Position numbers and translations under genes: made by a program. A stretch of DNA of 60,694 nucleotides, from contig JAJFTU010000402.1 in assembly GCA_021372775.1 (NCBI GenBank), positions 1 to 60,694 on the forward strand. Reading direction: 5' to 3'. The notes below the pieces were generated by a model, which did not search any database, was not told the origin of the DNA, and saw only the letters and a program-made list of their open reading frames with translations. The stretch comes from a bacterium. Lineage in GTDB: Bacteria > Acidobacteriota > Polarisedimenticolia > J045. Positions 49,656 to 58,701 of this stretch are shown piece after piece (position 1 is the first letter of the stretch; every line of letters starts with the position of its first letter).

Positions 49656-49658
49656 CGG

Positions 49659-50387
49659 TCAGTCTCCCGTGAAGATGTCGAACCGGTCGGGTCGATTCAG
49701 CAGCGCGACGTCGACGCGGACCGGCTCGCTGTGAATGTTCGACCGCTTGATGTCGGCCAGCGCATCGGCTGCGTCCTGTTTCAGTTGCCCGTCGACCGGC
49801 CGGCCGAAGGGGCGGCAGCACTCGACGGCGAGGTTCAACCGAATAGCCTTCTCGTACCCGGGTGGCAGGGTCAGCTCGGTCACCAGCGAGGGCACGCTGC
49901 CAAGCGGAGCCGGCAGGTACAACACCGGCCGGATCGTCACGTCGGTTGGTACGGGCCAGAAGTAGAGCGTGCCGACCGCCGCGTCAGCGTTGTAGTAGAA
50001 CCGTCGGGGGAACGTGTTGGGCAGGAGTTTCATGCGCTCTTCCTGCCACTGCGCCTTCGTGTAGGGGTCGAGTTCTCGCTCGAACGGCGTCACCGTGCCG
50101 GGGAACTGGACCGCGACCTTGTCGATGAACACCGGCCGTGTCGGCGTCACGAAGTTGGGCGCGGGCGTGACCGAGGACGGTCCGACCGTGTAGCCGTCCT
50201 GGTTCGCCACGAACGTGAAGAGCGTCCGGGTGTAGTTGTAGATGGTCAACTCCTGGGTGCGCCAGGCGTCGAGCATCGAGTTGAACCGGCGGAGAACCTT
50301 GTAGGCGTCCGAATCGCTCACCTGTTGTCCGCCGCCGTGGCAACCGATCTCATCGAGCGTGTCGGTGATGAGCTCGAGGGCTTTCAC
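49659..50387 (-). CDS. P22 gp4-like head-to-tail adaptor
   Basis: N-terminus ALELITDTLDEIG...SDSDAYKVLRRFNSMLDAWRTQ parallels P22 gp4 LVRAALRKLGV...QDAVDDLEAMMAEW. GTGA start overlap. Confidence 0.55.
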   Translation of the reverse strand: MKALELITDTLDEIGCHGGGQQVSDSDAYKVLRRFNSMLDAWRTQELTIYNYTRTLFTFVANQDGYTVGPSSVTPAPNFVTPTRPVFIDKVAVQFPGTVTPFERELDPYTKAQWQEERMKLLPNTFPRRFYYNADAAVGTLYFWPVPTDVTIRPVLYLPAPLGSVPSLVTELTLPPGYEKAIRLNLAVECCRPFGRPVDGQLKQDAADALADIKRSNIHSEPVRVDVALLNRPDRFDIFTGD

Positions 50388-51238
50388 TTCTTGCCGCCTC
50401 TCCCGCCGCGGCGGCCGGTGGCCACCTCGGGCTGATCGGACGGTTCAAGGTCGAGGGCTTCGGCCGGCTCGCTGGCGAGGGACGCCTCCGGCGCCGGACC
50501 GGGTTCGACGACCCCGCCGGGCTTGTTGGACCATCCCGGTCCGAGTCGCTTCTCGTCCTCGGCCGTGTTGACCAACCGCTCGCCGTGCTCGGCGTGGTAG
50601 CGGACGCACGGGTACGGGGCGCCCTGGACCTGGCGAGGCTTCTGGTCGTCCTTCTTGATGCCCCAGACCGAGCCGGCGCGCTGCACCATCAGGCGCTGAC
50701 CGAGCCGGGTGAGCCAGTCGACGAAGCCCATGACCGCCTGTTCGACCTCGGGGAAGTTGATGTCATGGCCGGCGAGCGTGCCGCCGACCTTGACCTTCGG
50801 CCACCAGGCGCGCAGTTCGGCCGCGACATGCGGACCGGAGTGGTCGTCATCCAGGAAGACGAAGTCGAGGCTCGAGTCCGCGTAGGTCGCCGACATCGCG
50901 AGGCTGGAGCCGACGCGGATGTGGACTTCGCCGGCGACGGGCCGCAAGAAGTACTCGGCCGCCTCCTTGACGCCGCCGCGCTCGGCGACCGTCCGGTCGT
51001 ACCAATGCAGGTCCGCCGCGTCGATGAGGTCGCGCCGCAGACCCGCGAACGTGTCGATCGTGTCGAACCAGATCGCCTTGTGCGCGTTGTGGATCTCGAC
51101 GCCCATGCAGGCGGCCGACTTGCCGAACAGCGTGCCGACCTCCACGAAGCGCGCGCCGTCCTGCGCGGCGGCCACGTGCGCGGCGTAGACGGCCTCGAAA
51201 TCGAACCAGCCAGGGATCTCCTCGTGAAAGTGCTTCAC
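50384..51238 (-). CDS. class I SAM-dependent methyltransferase (Methyltransf_24-like)
   Basis: GTG 51238 (GTGA overlap). KHFHEEIPGWFDF...FVEVGTLFGKSAACMG...FVFLDDDHS...GGTLAGHD. About 90-aa low-complexity C-terminal tail. Confidence 0.6.
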   Translation of the reverse strand: MKHFHEEIPGWFDFEAVYAAHVAAAQDGARFVEVGTLFGKSAACMGVEIHNAHKAIWFDTIDTFAGLRRDLIDAADLHWYDRTVAERGGVKEAAEYFLRPVAGEVHIRVGSSLAMSATYADSSLDFVFLDDDHSGPHVAAELRAWWPKVKVGGTLAGHDINFPEVEQAVMGFVDWLTRLGQRLMVQRAGSVWGIKKDDQKPRQVQGAPYPCVRYHAEHGERLVNTAEDEKRLGPGWSNKPGGVVEPGPAPEASLASEPAEALDLEPSDQPEVATGRRGGRGGKK

Positions 51239-51921
51239 TTCGCGTCCTCCCTGAACGTGGCGAACACCTCCGGCCCGCGGGCCAGAGCCGTCAACCACTC
51301 GTCTCCGTGCACGGTCGGCCACACGGCCAGATTGGTGATGTGGCCGAATCGAATGGTGGGGTCTCCGTAGAGCGGGATGCCGGCCTCGTAGAGCTTCCGG
51401 CAGAAATCGAGGTCGTCGCACCACTCGTCTTCCCGGCCTTTGAACTGGCCGAGCGTCCACCAAGGAGAGTCGATACGACGGAAGACGTCGGTTCTGACCA
51501 GGAGCCCGCCCGACGTCGCGGCGGCGAGTTGCACGAGGCTGCCGTCGGTCGGGATGTCAGCGAGCCGCATCATGCACTCGAGCCGAGGCTGATTCGCGTG
51601 GAACCAGATCGGCTTGAACTCCGGCATCCGGCGCAGACTCAGCCCGACAACGGCATCGAACTGCCCGCCACGCTCCAGCATCTTCGTGAGCACGTCCGGC
51701 TGAAAGACCAAGTCGTCGTCGAGGAAGAAGATGTGCTCGGCGCCGAGCTCGAGCGCGCGCCGGACGATGAGGTTGCGATTCTGCGAGACAGACGAGCCGC
51801 GGCCCGGAACGACCCGCCAACCGGCAGGCCGTTCCAGGTCGCAGAGACAGCCCCAGAACGCGGACCATCGTCCTTGTTCCGCGCACGGGACGCCGATGAC
51901 ACCAACCGCCGTCTCAGGCAT
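51235..51921 (-). CDS. glycosyltransferase (GT-A fold, family 2-like)
   Basis: ATG 51921. NRNLIVRRALELGAEHIFFLDDDLVF (DxD). ...SGGLLVRTDVFRRI. Confidence 0.6.
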   Translation of the reverse strand: MPETAVGVIGVPCAEQGRWSAFWGCLCDLERPAGWRVVPGRGSSVSQNRNLIVRRALELGAEHIFFLDDDLVFQPDVLTKMLERGGQFDAVVGLSLRRMPEFKPIWFHANQPRLECMMRLADIPTDGSLVQLAAATSGGLLVRTDVFRRIDSPWWTLGQFKGREDEWCDDLDFCRKLYEAGIPLYGDPTIRFGHITNLAVWPTVHGDEWLTALARGPEVFATFREDAK

Positions 51922-51935
51922 CAGGGACCTGAGCG

Positions 51936-52505
51936 TCAGCCGAGGGTGACGTTCTTCGAACCGAGCACCACCCACCGACCGTCGATCGCCTCGAGGTCCA
52001 CGAAGTTGCCGATGGCCGCGCCGAAGGTCGCGACATCGCTCGAGGTGGATTCGGTGTTGAAGCCGTCGGTGGTGATCGTGTGCGCTGCGGCCGTCGCGCT
52101 CACGATGTGGAGCTGCGTCCCGTTCTCGCCGACCGACGGGTTGGCCAGTGTGAGGCCCGCAGCCGTGGCCTTCCGGATGATGTGCGTGCCGGGCTTCGGC
52201 GTGACGGCGCCATCCTGCCCGTAGCTGTACTGCCTCGGCGCGACGGCCGACGGCCCGAAGTTGATGTCCTTCCAGTCGTCCACGGTGCCGTAGACGAACG
52301 GAGCGAGAACATCGTGCGCGACCGCCATCTTGCCCTGCTGTCCGCGGGCCAGTTCGACCCGCGTGCCCGACACCTTCGTGACCTTGACAGCCTCGTCGTC
52401 GATGCGCGCGAGCATTCCGACCGCGACCGTCCCCGCCGTGGTGACGGAGGCGGCGCCATCCGTCGCGCCGATCGCCCCCGCGATCGTGGTTTTGGTGAGA
52501 GCCAT
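51936..52505 (-). CDS. head decoration / accessory capsid protein candidate
   Basis: 189 aa immediately downstream of the coat gene. SD GAGAAGGGAAC. Confidence 0.4.
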   Translation of the reverse strand: MALTKTTIAGAIGATDGAASVTTAGTVAVGMLARIDDEAVKVTKVSGTRVELARGQQGKMAVAHDVLAPFVYGTVDDWKDINFGPSAVAPRQYSYGQDGAVTPKPGTHIIRKATAAGLTLANPSVGENGTQLHIVSATAAAHTITTDGFNTESTSSDVATFGAAIGNFVDLEAIDGRWVVLGSKNVTLG

Positions 52506-52525
52506 GATTCTGTTCCCTTCTCAAA

Positions 52526-52556
52526 GGGGCGGCGGCCCGGTCTCCCGAGCCGCCCC
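52526..52556 (-). terminator. GC hairpin plus short T-run downstream of the coat gene
   Basis: GGGGCGGC (52526-52533) pairs with GCCGCCCC (52549-52556). On the minus strand it is followed by TTTGAG. Confidence 0.3.
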
Positions 52557-52611
52557 CACATCCGTTGCAGCGAACCGATCGGCCCCGCTCAGGGCCGCGT
52601 GACGCTAGACG

Positions 52612-53862
52612 TCACGAGTGGACACGGCTGGCCAGTTCCGCACGGAGCGTGGTCCAGTCGCAGAGCACGTCGAAGCGCGTGATCATCTCGTCCGACCGGA
52701 TGTCGTAGGCCGTCACCATCCGGACGCCCACGCCGGTCTGGTCGTCTCCGGCATAGGCGGCTTCGTGAACACCCTTCGGCAGCTTCAGCTTGGCGGTGAC
52801 GAACGTGAAGGCATCGCGGTGGAAGCCGAGCCCGACACGGCCGATCTTCGCGGACGCGCTGTTGAAGGTCAGAACCGCGTCCGCCGGAGCGGCCTTGTTG
52901 ACTGTCTGGTAGGCGCCGGAGGTGATGATGGACGGCGAGATCGGGATCGTCACCGTGCCGTCAGCCGCAGCCGTGCAGGGCGCCGTGCACACGAAGTCCT
53001 GCAGGTAGCCGGTCGCTTCGAGCGATTCCGGATTGACCGACTGCACACCCGTGCCGGCGGCCAGCGTGCCGATCGTGAAGACGTCGCCCTGGTTGATGGT
53101 GTCGCCCGACGTGAAGCCCTTGCAGAGCAGGCTGGCGCCGGTCTGCGCACCGCTGATCTGCCAGGTCGTGCCGTTGGTCCCCGTCCGCGTGCCCTCGGTG
53201 TGGGTCGCACAGTTCTGGTCCATGTGCCAGCCGGACCATCCGAGGACCGCGCCGGCGTACTGCCCGTTGCGGAACGACTCGGAGATCAGGTTGGCCGGGT
53301 TGAGCAGCGCGAAGTTGCTGCCCACGTGCTCGGCCTGCATGTCCGGCGTGACCACCATCGACCGCAGGGCGTCCTGCGGGGCGGCCATGTTGGCGAGCTT
53401 CACGCCCGCCTTCAGGTAGGTCATGTTGGCGGTCGGTGTCGTGGACCCGCTCGGTACGGTGCCGAGGGTGCCGACCGCGTTGTAGATGTTCTTGTACTGC
53501 TTCAGCCCCTCGAGGTCGATCTTGTTGCCGATCTTCGCCAGGATGGGCCGCAGGATGTTGTCGCTGTAGTTGTTCAGCGAGAGCAGGCGGTCGGTCTCGG
53601 AGAAGCTGATGTCGATCCCGAACTTGCGCGTCAGCTTGATCGGGACCCGGTCCTCGGTGGTCGCCTGGAGCTGGATGGCGTCGCCCTCGCGGACGATGTA
53701 CTTCGGGGGAACGCGCGCGTAGACGATGGACCCGACCTTGGCGCCTTCCTGCCCGAACATGCTGTCGTACTGGCGGTTCACGAGTCCCGTGAACACCAGG
53801 TTGTTCGTCAGCACCCGGAGTGCTTCCAGGGTGACGATCTCGAGTGTGAGTAGTTTGTTCAT
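52612..53862 (-). CDS. major capsid protein, P22 coat (gp5)-like
   Basis: 416 aa after the scaffold gene. N-terminus EALRVLTNNLVFTGLVNRQYDSMFGQEGAKVGSIVYARVPPKY fits the P22-coat family pattern (from memory). Confidence 0.75.
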   Translation of the reverse strand: MNKLLTLEIVTLEALRVLTNNLVFTGLVNRQYDSMFGQEGAKVGSIVYARVPPKYIVREGDAIQLQATTEDRVPIKLTRKFGIDISFSETDRLLSLNNYSDNILRPILAKIGNKIDLEGLKQYKNIYNAVGTLGTVPSGSTTPTANMTYLKAGVKLANMAAPQDALRSMVVTPDMQAEHVGSNFALLNPANLISESFRNGQYAGAVLGWSGWHMDQNCATHTEGTRTGTNGTTWQISGAQTGASLLCKGFTSGDTINQGDVFTIGTLAAGTGVQSVNPESLEATGYLQDFVCTAPCTAAADGTVTIPISPSIITSGAYQTVNKAAPADAVLTFNSASAKIGRVGLGFHRDAFTFVTAKLKLPKGVHEAAYAGDDQTGVGVRMVTAYDIRSDEMITRFDVLCDWTTLRAELASRVHS

Positions 53863-53952
53863 CGCTGCAACCTCGTGAAAAAGCCGTTCAGTGAACGTCT
53901 CTGTCGTGGTCTCAGCGATGACGCAGACGGCGAGCTCGGGAGGTCCCGGTAC

Positions 53953-53972
53953 GCGGGGCCCGAAGGCCCCGC
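53953..53972 (-). promoter_or_regulatory. 8-bp GC stem with TTCG tetraloop in the scaffold-coat intergenic region
   Basis: gcggggcc-cgaa-ggccccgc on the plus strand. On the mRNA strand the loop is TTCG. Confidence 0.3.
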
Positions 53973-54015
53973 AGGTGCTGCCGTCAGCAGGAAGACGCCT
54001 GTTGACCTGTGTGCC

Positions 54016-55167
54016 TTACCGTCGTGCCAGCCGGTCCCGTTCCTCCTTGTTGCGGTCGTGCATCCACTGGACCGCCTCGGGCGATCCGGGCGTAATCCGC
54101 TGCGCTCGTTCTTCGAACGTCTCGCTCGGCGCCGCGCTCGAGCCCCGCACCGGCGTGGGCGGCTGTGGTGCCTTCGGCACCGGCGCAGCGGAAGTGGCGG
54201 CGCCCGGGGCGGCCGGTTTCCCGGCCGGTGCGGCGCTGCCCTTGAGCTGCTGAGACAGCATGACCAACGCTTCGTGCGCTTCGAACGGCGGCAGCGCGGC
54301 GATGCGCGCGGCCTCGTCCAGGTGCGATCCGAGGTGGTAGAGGACGGCCGGTCCCATCGCGTTCCGCGGGTGCGAGATCCACGCGCCCATCGGTTCCGTG
54401 ATCTGCTTCATGAGGTCGGGGTTGTTGACCGTGACCTCGTCGTAGTCCGGGTGTGCCGTCGCGAACGTCTTGATGGTCTCCTGCCGGACGCGGCCGGCTT
54501 CGGCGGCGGCCGTCTCGGTGGACCGCTTCGCTTCGATCGCCTTCAGGCGTTCGTCGACCTTGGCGTCGATGCGGCGTTCCATCTGGCGGTCGCGCCACGC
54601 ATCGTGCGCCTTGTCGTAGTCCTGGTAACTCGTGAACTTCTCGTCGTCGACCTGCGGTTCGGGGTCGTCGGCAGGCACGACCGGCGCCGCCGGCGCGGTC
54701 GGAACGGGCGGCGCCGCGGCCGCGGGCTCCGCGGCGCCGGGGGCCGGTGTGCGGCCCTTGAGGATCTCGTCGAGAATCCGCTGCTGCGAGGCGACGGTGC
54801 CCTCGAGCGTCGCCACCTTGGACTCGGCCTCTCGGCGCTGTTGGCGGAGGACCTTGATGGTGTGGAGCTTCGACCTCGAGGACCGCGCTTCGCGTTCTGT
54901 GCCAGGCTCGGGCTCGCCTCCGCCCTCGTCTTCGTCGCCCTCGTCCCCTTCGTCACCGGCGGCCGGCGCGGCAGGGACAGGCTCGCCGGCGGCCGGAGTC
55001 GCCGCGGCGGCGGCAGGGGCCGCAGCCGGAGGATCGGCGGGCTTCGGGAGTTCGTCCGCCTTGCCGCCTCCACCTTCGCCAGGCGCAGGCGGAGTCTCGG
55101 GCTTCAGCCCAAGGGCCTCGTCCACGTTCGCCTGAGTCCCGGTTGTCGTCTCGAGCACAATCGCCAT
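54016..55167 (-). CDS. scaffolding protein
   Basis: Between the portal and coat genes. A/P/E-rich, helical and highly charged. ATG 55167 lies 4 nt after the portal stop. Confidence 0.6.
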   Translation of the reverse strand: MAIVLETTTGTQANVDEALGLKPETPPAPGEGGGGKADELPKPADPPAAAPAAAAATPAAGEPVPAAPAAGDEGDEGDEDEGGGEPEPGTEREARSSRSKLHTIKVLRQQRREAESKVATLEGTVASQQRILDEILKGRTPAPGAAEPAAAAPPVPTAPAAPVVPADDPEPQVDDEKFTSYQDYDKAHDAWRDRQMERRIDAKVDERLKAIEAKRSTETAAAEAGRVRQETIKTFATAHPDYDEVTVNNPDLMKQITEPMGAWISHPRNAMGPAVLYHLGSHLDEAARIAALPPFEAHEALVMLSQQLKGSAAPAGKPAAPGAATSAAPVPKAPQPPTPVRGSSAAPSETFEERAQRITPGSPEAVQWMHDRNKEERDRLARR

Positions 55168-55171
55168 GACG

Positions 55172-57613
55172 TCACACTCCTTGCGCGGGGGGTTCACCCG
55201 CGAATGACCCTACAGGCCCGGTAGGTACGGGGGCGGATGGCGGCAGGACCGGCGAGGAAACGGACGCGCCGGGAGACACGGCAGCGGGAGGACGAGTCGC
55301 TTGTCCGTCCTCGCCAGTCCCGCCAGGTGAAGCCGGCGCGCCGAGACCGGAGATGGCCTCGATGCGCGCGCGGTCGATGTCGGTCAGGTGCTGGATCTGC
55401 TGCAACTGCCCCTGCAGCAGCGCGATGGTCTCGGCGCTCGCGGTCTTCGACTGCGCCACGACGATCATCGCGGTCGCCTGAATGGCGGCAATCTTCTCGC
55501 GCGTGCTGAGCTCGAGCGCCTTCGTCTGGATCGCTTCGGTGAGTTCGTTGATGCGCGCCGCCTGCAGGTCGATGAACTTCTGCGCCTTCTGCATCTGCTG
55601 CAGGACGCCCGGCGGCAGTTCAGGCTGCCCGCCTTCCTCGTCGTCGCGGAGTTCAGGCGGCAGCGCCTTCCGGTAGCGCGCGGCGATCTTGCGACCAACG
55701 GGCGTATCCGCGTCGTCGAAGTAGAGGTCACCGATGCGGGCGAGTTGTGTTGGGTCGGCCTGAAGGATGGCCGTCATCAGCTCGCGATCCTGCTGGCGCT
55801 GTGACGAGTAGGACACGCCCGCCTTCACGCGCACGTCGTAGCGGCCAGCCGACAAGTCCACGATCTTCAACTCGGACTCGGTCTGCTTCTGCTGCTCGAG
55901 CATCTGCTTCGCCGCGGTGGCGTTGCCCGCGTGCACGATGACCGTCCGGCTCTTGCCGTCACGGCCGAGGATGCGCTTCACGCGCGGCGTGTCGTAGTAC
56001 CAGGGGAACAGGTCCAGCAGCACGCGGCCGGCGTGCCGAAGGGCCACAGCGAGATTCGCTTGGAAGTGCGAGTTGCCGACCTCGCCCTGGTGCTGGCGCG
56101 CGAGGATGGCCCGACCGCTCTGCTCGGCCCGCTGCTCGTGAGCCCCGACGTCGATCGAGAAGCCGGCGGTGGCGCGCAGGTCCTGCTCGGCCTGCAGCGA
56201 AAGCTGGATCTCGCCCTGAATCGGCGCGGTCGAGTCGGCGCGCTGCGGCGCCGGCACGAGCGTGTTGCCGCCGATCGAGACCTTCTTGTATTTCAGGACC
56301 GGCAGGTTCCGAATGTTGGCCGCTGCCCAATCTTTCTCGTGGCCCTCGAGCTGGCCTTCCTCGGCGATGTAGGGGGCCTTCGGCAGCAGCGCGACCTTCT
56401 CGGTCATGGCGGACTTCTGGTAGTTCGCCATGCGCTGCGGGTCTTTCGCGTCGCGGGTGATGCCCTTGTAGTCGACGCGGCCGTCCAGGTCGACTTCCTC
56501 GCCGACGACCGGGAACACCGGAATCCAGCGCCCGGGCATGTCGCGCGGTCCGCTGAGGTCCTTGTTGCCCTCGAGGATCGTGACCGCGTTCATCTTGCAC
56601 CAGGTCAGTTGCTTGGCCTGGACGGTGCGAGCCTCCTTCGGCGTGAGGGAGACGCCATCGGCCTTGAGGTGCTGGACGACGCGCCCGGCTGCGTCCTCGA
56701 GCTCGTCCTGCTCGAAGCACTCGCCGTTCTCCATCAGGCAGAGCGTCTTTTTGACCCGACGGAAGCTGTAGTACTCGGCGATGCGCACGCGCCCGGTCGG
56801 CATCCAGTCGGTCTGGACCTCGCCGCTCCGAGTCATCTCGGCGATGGTCGCGCGCGGCGACGACTCGCCGTAGAGCTCGTCATACTCGTCGCACGGGAGG
56901 TCGTCCACGATGAACGCGAACCGCATGTCGGAGCCGTCGAGCTCCTGATAGACCGGGTCCGGGTACACCGTGGCGAAGTTGCGGACGCTCTTGATGCGCA
57001 GTTCCTGCTCGAACGTGTTGTCGCTGGCGTACTCGGGCAGGATGCGGAACCAGCCGCGGCCGACGCGGGCCTGCGCCTGGACCGCGCGGGTGTAGGCGAC
57101 GTCGGCGTCGGAGTTGCTTTCAACGTGCTGGATGAGCCCTTGCAGGGTCTCGGCCGTGTAGACGTCGGCCGCGTTATCGACCGCGTCCACCTCGATCCCG
57201 GGGCGCGCGTCGCGGGACTCGTTCACGATCTGGCGCGCGTACCCTGCGATGCGGTTGATGGTCAGGCACGGCCGCCCGTCCTTGTCGCGCTGCGCCTTGA
57301 GCGTGTCGGGCCATTGCTTGCCGGAGAAGAAATCGAGGTCCTCGCGCTGGTCGCGCCGCAGGTCCTTGTCGTAGGTGTCCGACATGCGCCAGCGTTGAAA
57401 CGCCTGGCGGACGAACAGCCGCGCGGACTGACTGGCGTTGCTGGCGGGGTCAGAGTTGGGGTTGGTGTTGACGATGCCGGCGACCTGCCGGATGTCGCCG
57501 ACTTGAGCCGGCTCGAGGGGGATGCTCGCCTCGACAGACGCGCCCACCGCGCCAGGCAGTAGAGCTGGCGCGGAAGGCGAACGACGCCGACGAGGAGGAG
57601 TCGAGCCGGCCAT
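55172..57613 (-). CDS. portal protein
   Basis: 813 aa, between the TerL region and the scaffold gene. RRDQREDLDFFSGKQWPD...KDGRPCLTINRI is typical of the P22-type portal N-terminal region (from memory). Confidence 0.8.
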   Translation of the reverse strand: MAGSTPPRRRRSPSAPALLPGAVGASVEASIPLEPAQVGDIRQVAGIVNTNPNSDPASNASQSARLFVRQAFQRWRMSDTYDKDLRRDQREDLDFFSGKQWPDTLKAQRDKDGRPCLTINRIAGYARQIVNESRDARPGIEVDAVDNAADVYTAETLQGLIQHVESNSDADVAYTRAVQAQARVGRGWFRILPEYASDNTFEQELRIKSVRNFATVYPDPVYQELDGSDMRFAFIVDDLPCDEYDELYGESSPRATIAEMTRSGEVQTDWMPTGRVRIAEYYSFRRVKKTLCLMENGECFEQDELEDAAGRVVQHLKADGVSLTPKEARTVQAKQLTWCKMNAVTILEGNKDLSGPRDMPGRWIPVFPVVGEEVDLDGRVDYKGITRDAKDPQRMANYQKSAMTEKVALLPKAPYIAEEGQLEGHEKDWAAANIRNLPVLKYKKVSIGGNTLVPAPQRADSTAPIQGEIQLSLQAEQDLRATAGFSIDVGAHEQRAEQSGRAILARQHQGEVGNSHFQANLAVALRHAGRVLLDLFPWYYDTPRVKRILGRDGKSRTVIVHAGNATAAKQMLEQQKQTESELKIVDLSAGRYDVRVKAGVSYSSQRQQDRELMTAILQADPTQLARIGDLYFDDADTPVGRKIAARYRKALPPELRDDEEGGQPELPPGVLQQMQKAQKFIDLQAARINELTEAIQTKALELSTREKIAAIQATAMIVVAQSKTASAETIALLQGQLQQIQHLTDIDRARIEAISGLGAPASPGGTGEDGQATRPPAAVSPGASVSSPVLPPSAPVPTGPVGSFAGEPPAQGV

Positions 57614-57625
57614 GCGGGGCGCGGG

Positions 57626-57736
57626 CTACTTCTTGCCCTTGGCGCACTCGGGCTTGGTGGCGGCGACCTTCTTCGCCCCGGCGAGACCGGACGGCGCCGG
57701 CTCGCGGCTCGGGGTTTTGGTGCTGACGTGCTTCAT
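57626..57736 (-). CDS. 36-aa basic peptide (below the ORF-track cutoff)
   Basis: GGGAGG 7 nt upstream of the ATG. MKHVSTKTPSREPAPSGLAGAKKVAATKPECAKGKK. The stop lies 13 nt before the portal ATG. Confidence 0.4.
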   Translation of the reverse strand: MKHVSTKTPSREPAPSGLAGAKKVAATKPECAKGKK

Positions 57737-57839
57737 GGAGTGGCCTCCCTCGCGGTTGTGAATCGGAGAACAACCGTCTGCAGAAGCCACAATGGACGAA
57801 CTTCAGCGGGAGGGGACCGGCGACCGTGGCCAGTTGGTG

Positions 57840-58124
57840 CTACTTGGTATCGACGTGTATCGATTGGTATCGATTTAGGGCGGTCCGAATGGTCTCGAGG
57901 CGCTCGGGGTCGAGGACGTGGACCAGGCGCGCGAAGTCGAGCGAGCGGACGCCGAAGAACTGCATCACCGCCGACAAGGGCACCCGACGGTGCCGTCCGC
58001 GGCCCACGTGTTCATGCGAGAGGCCAGGCGTCCGGTCGTCGGTCCAGCTCTTCAGCGTCCGCACGGGCGTGTCGCTGATGAGGGCGACTTCGCGGAGCGT
58101 GAGCAGGGGGTCGACTTCGGTCAT
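57840..58124 (-). CDS. HTH DNA-binding protein (MerR/excisionase-like)
   Basis: LLTLREVALISDTPVRTLKSWT. TGATG overlap with the upstream stop. Confidence 0.5.
   Translation of the reverse strand: MTEVDPLLTLREVALISDTPVRTLKSWTDDRTPGLSHEHVGRGRHRRVPLSAVMQFFGVRSLDFARLVHVLDPERLETIRTALNRYQSIHVDTK
57847..57873. repeat. three GTATCGA repeats at exact 10-bp phasing
   Basis: Copies at 57847, 57857 and 57867. Two contain ATCGAT. An AT-richer patch in the last 11 codons of the HTH gene. Confidence 0.6.
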
Positions 58125-58360
58125 CAGTTCCTCATGCGCCGCTTCTGGCGCTCGACAAACGCATCCTGGATGGCCGCGACTTGGCACAACTCGTGACTCG
58201 CCGGCAGGGAGACCGCCGGCCCTGAGAGCTCGGCCGCCATCGCGCCGCAGCGCGGGCACTCGACCGGCCCATCGAGCGTGGTGCGCCACAGGCTGACGTG
58301 CGTGAAACCGCACACAGCGCAAGCCCGCAGCCCGAGGATGAACGACGGCGGCGCGGTCAC
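58124..58360 (-). CDS. zinc-ribbon protein (78 aa)
   Basis: CAVCG...22 aa...CPRCG. Confidence 0.5.
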   Translation of the reverse strand: MTAPPSFILGLRACAVCGFTHVSLWRTTLDGPVECPRCGAMAAELSGPAVSLPASHELCQVAAIQDAFVERQKRRMRN

Positions 58361-58503
58361 TTGCCCCGCTTGCCCTTCCCGCCGCGCGGGTGAGCGGTGT
58401 GCAGCGCCGCGGCGACGGCGACCTTGTGCGGGTGGCCGGAGGCCATCATTTCACTGATGTTCTGGCTGACGACCTTCTGCGACGTGCCCTTCTTGAGCGG
58501 CAT
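58357..58503 (-). CDS. small basic protein (48 aa)
   Basis: ATG 58503. MPLKKGTSQKVVSQNISEMMASGHPHKVAVAAAL resembles a small protein recurrent in phages (from memory). Confidence 0.4.
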   Translation of the reverse strand: MPLKKGTSQKVVSQNISEMMASGHPHKVAVAAALHTAHPRGGKGKRGK

Positions 58504-58630
58504 CGGGCCTCCTGAACGCTCGCCCGGCCAGGCCCCACGCCATGCCGGCGAGCCGGATGGGCAGCAGCACGATCGCCAAGAGCAGGACGCCGAGCATCTT
58601 GGCGATCGGCCACAGCAGTTCAACGGTCAT
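58451..58630 (-). CDS. possible small membrane protein (59 aa)
   Basis: MTVELLWPIAKMLGVLLLAIVLLPI. Overlaps the next ORF by 53 nt, so it is doubtful. Confidence 0.25.
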   Translation of the reverse strand: MTVELLWPIAKMLGVLLLAIVLLPIRLAGMAWGLAGRAFRRPDAAQEGHVAEGRQPEHQ

Positions 58631-58701
58631 GCGACGCGCCCACGCCTTGCGCTCGGCGCGCCAGAGCGAGGCGGCGTGACACCTCGAGGCCCACCCCACG
58701 G

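Noticed and set aside
57450-57773. 107-aa ORF spanning the portal start and the small basic ORF
   Set aside because: It is out of frame with both. Its composition is shadow-like (R/G/P/E/H), and the SD-led 36-aa ORF explains the region better.
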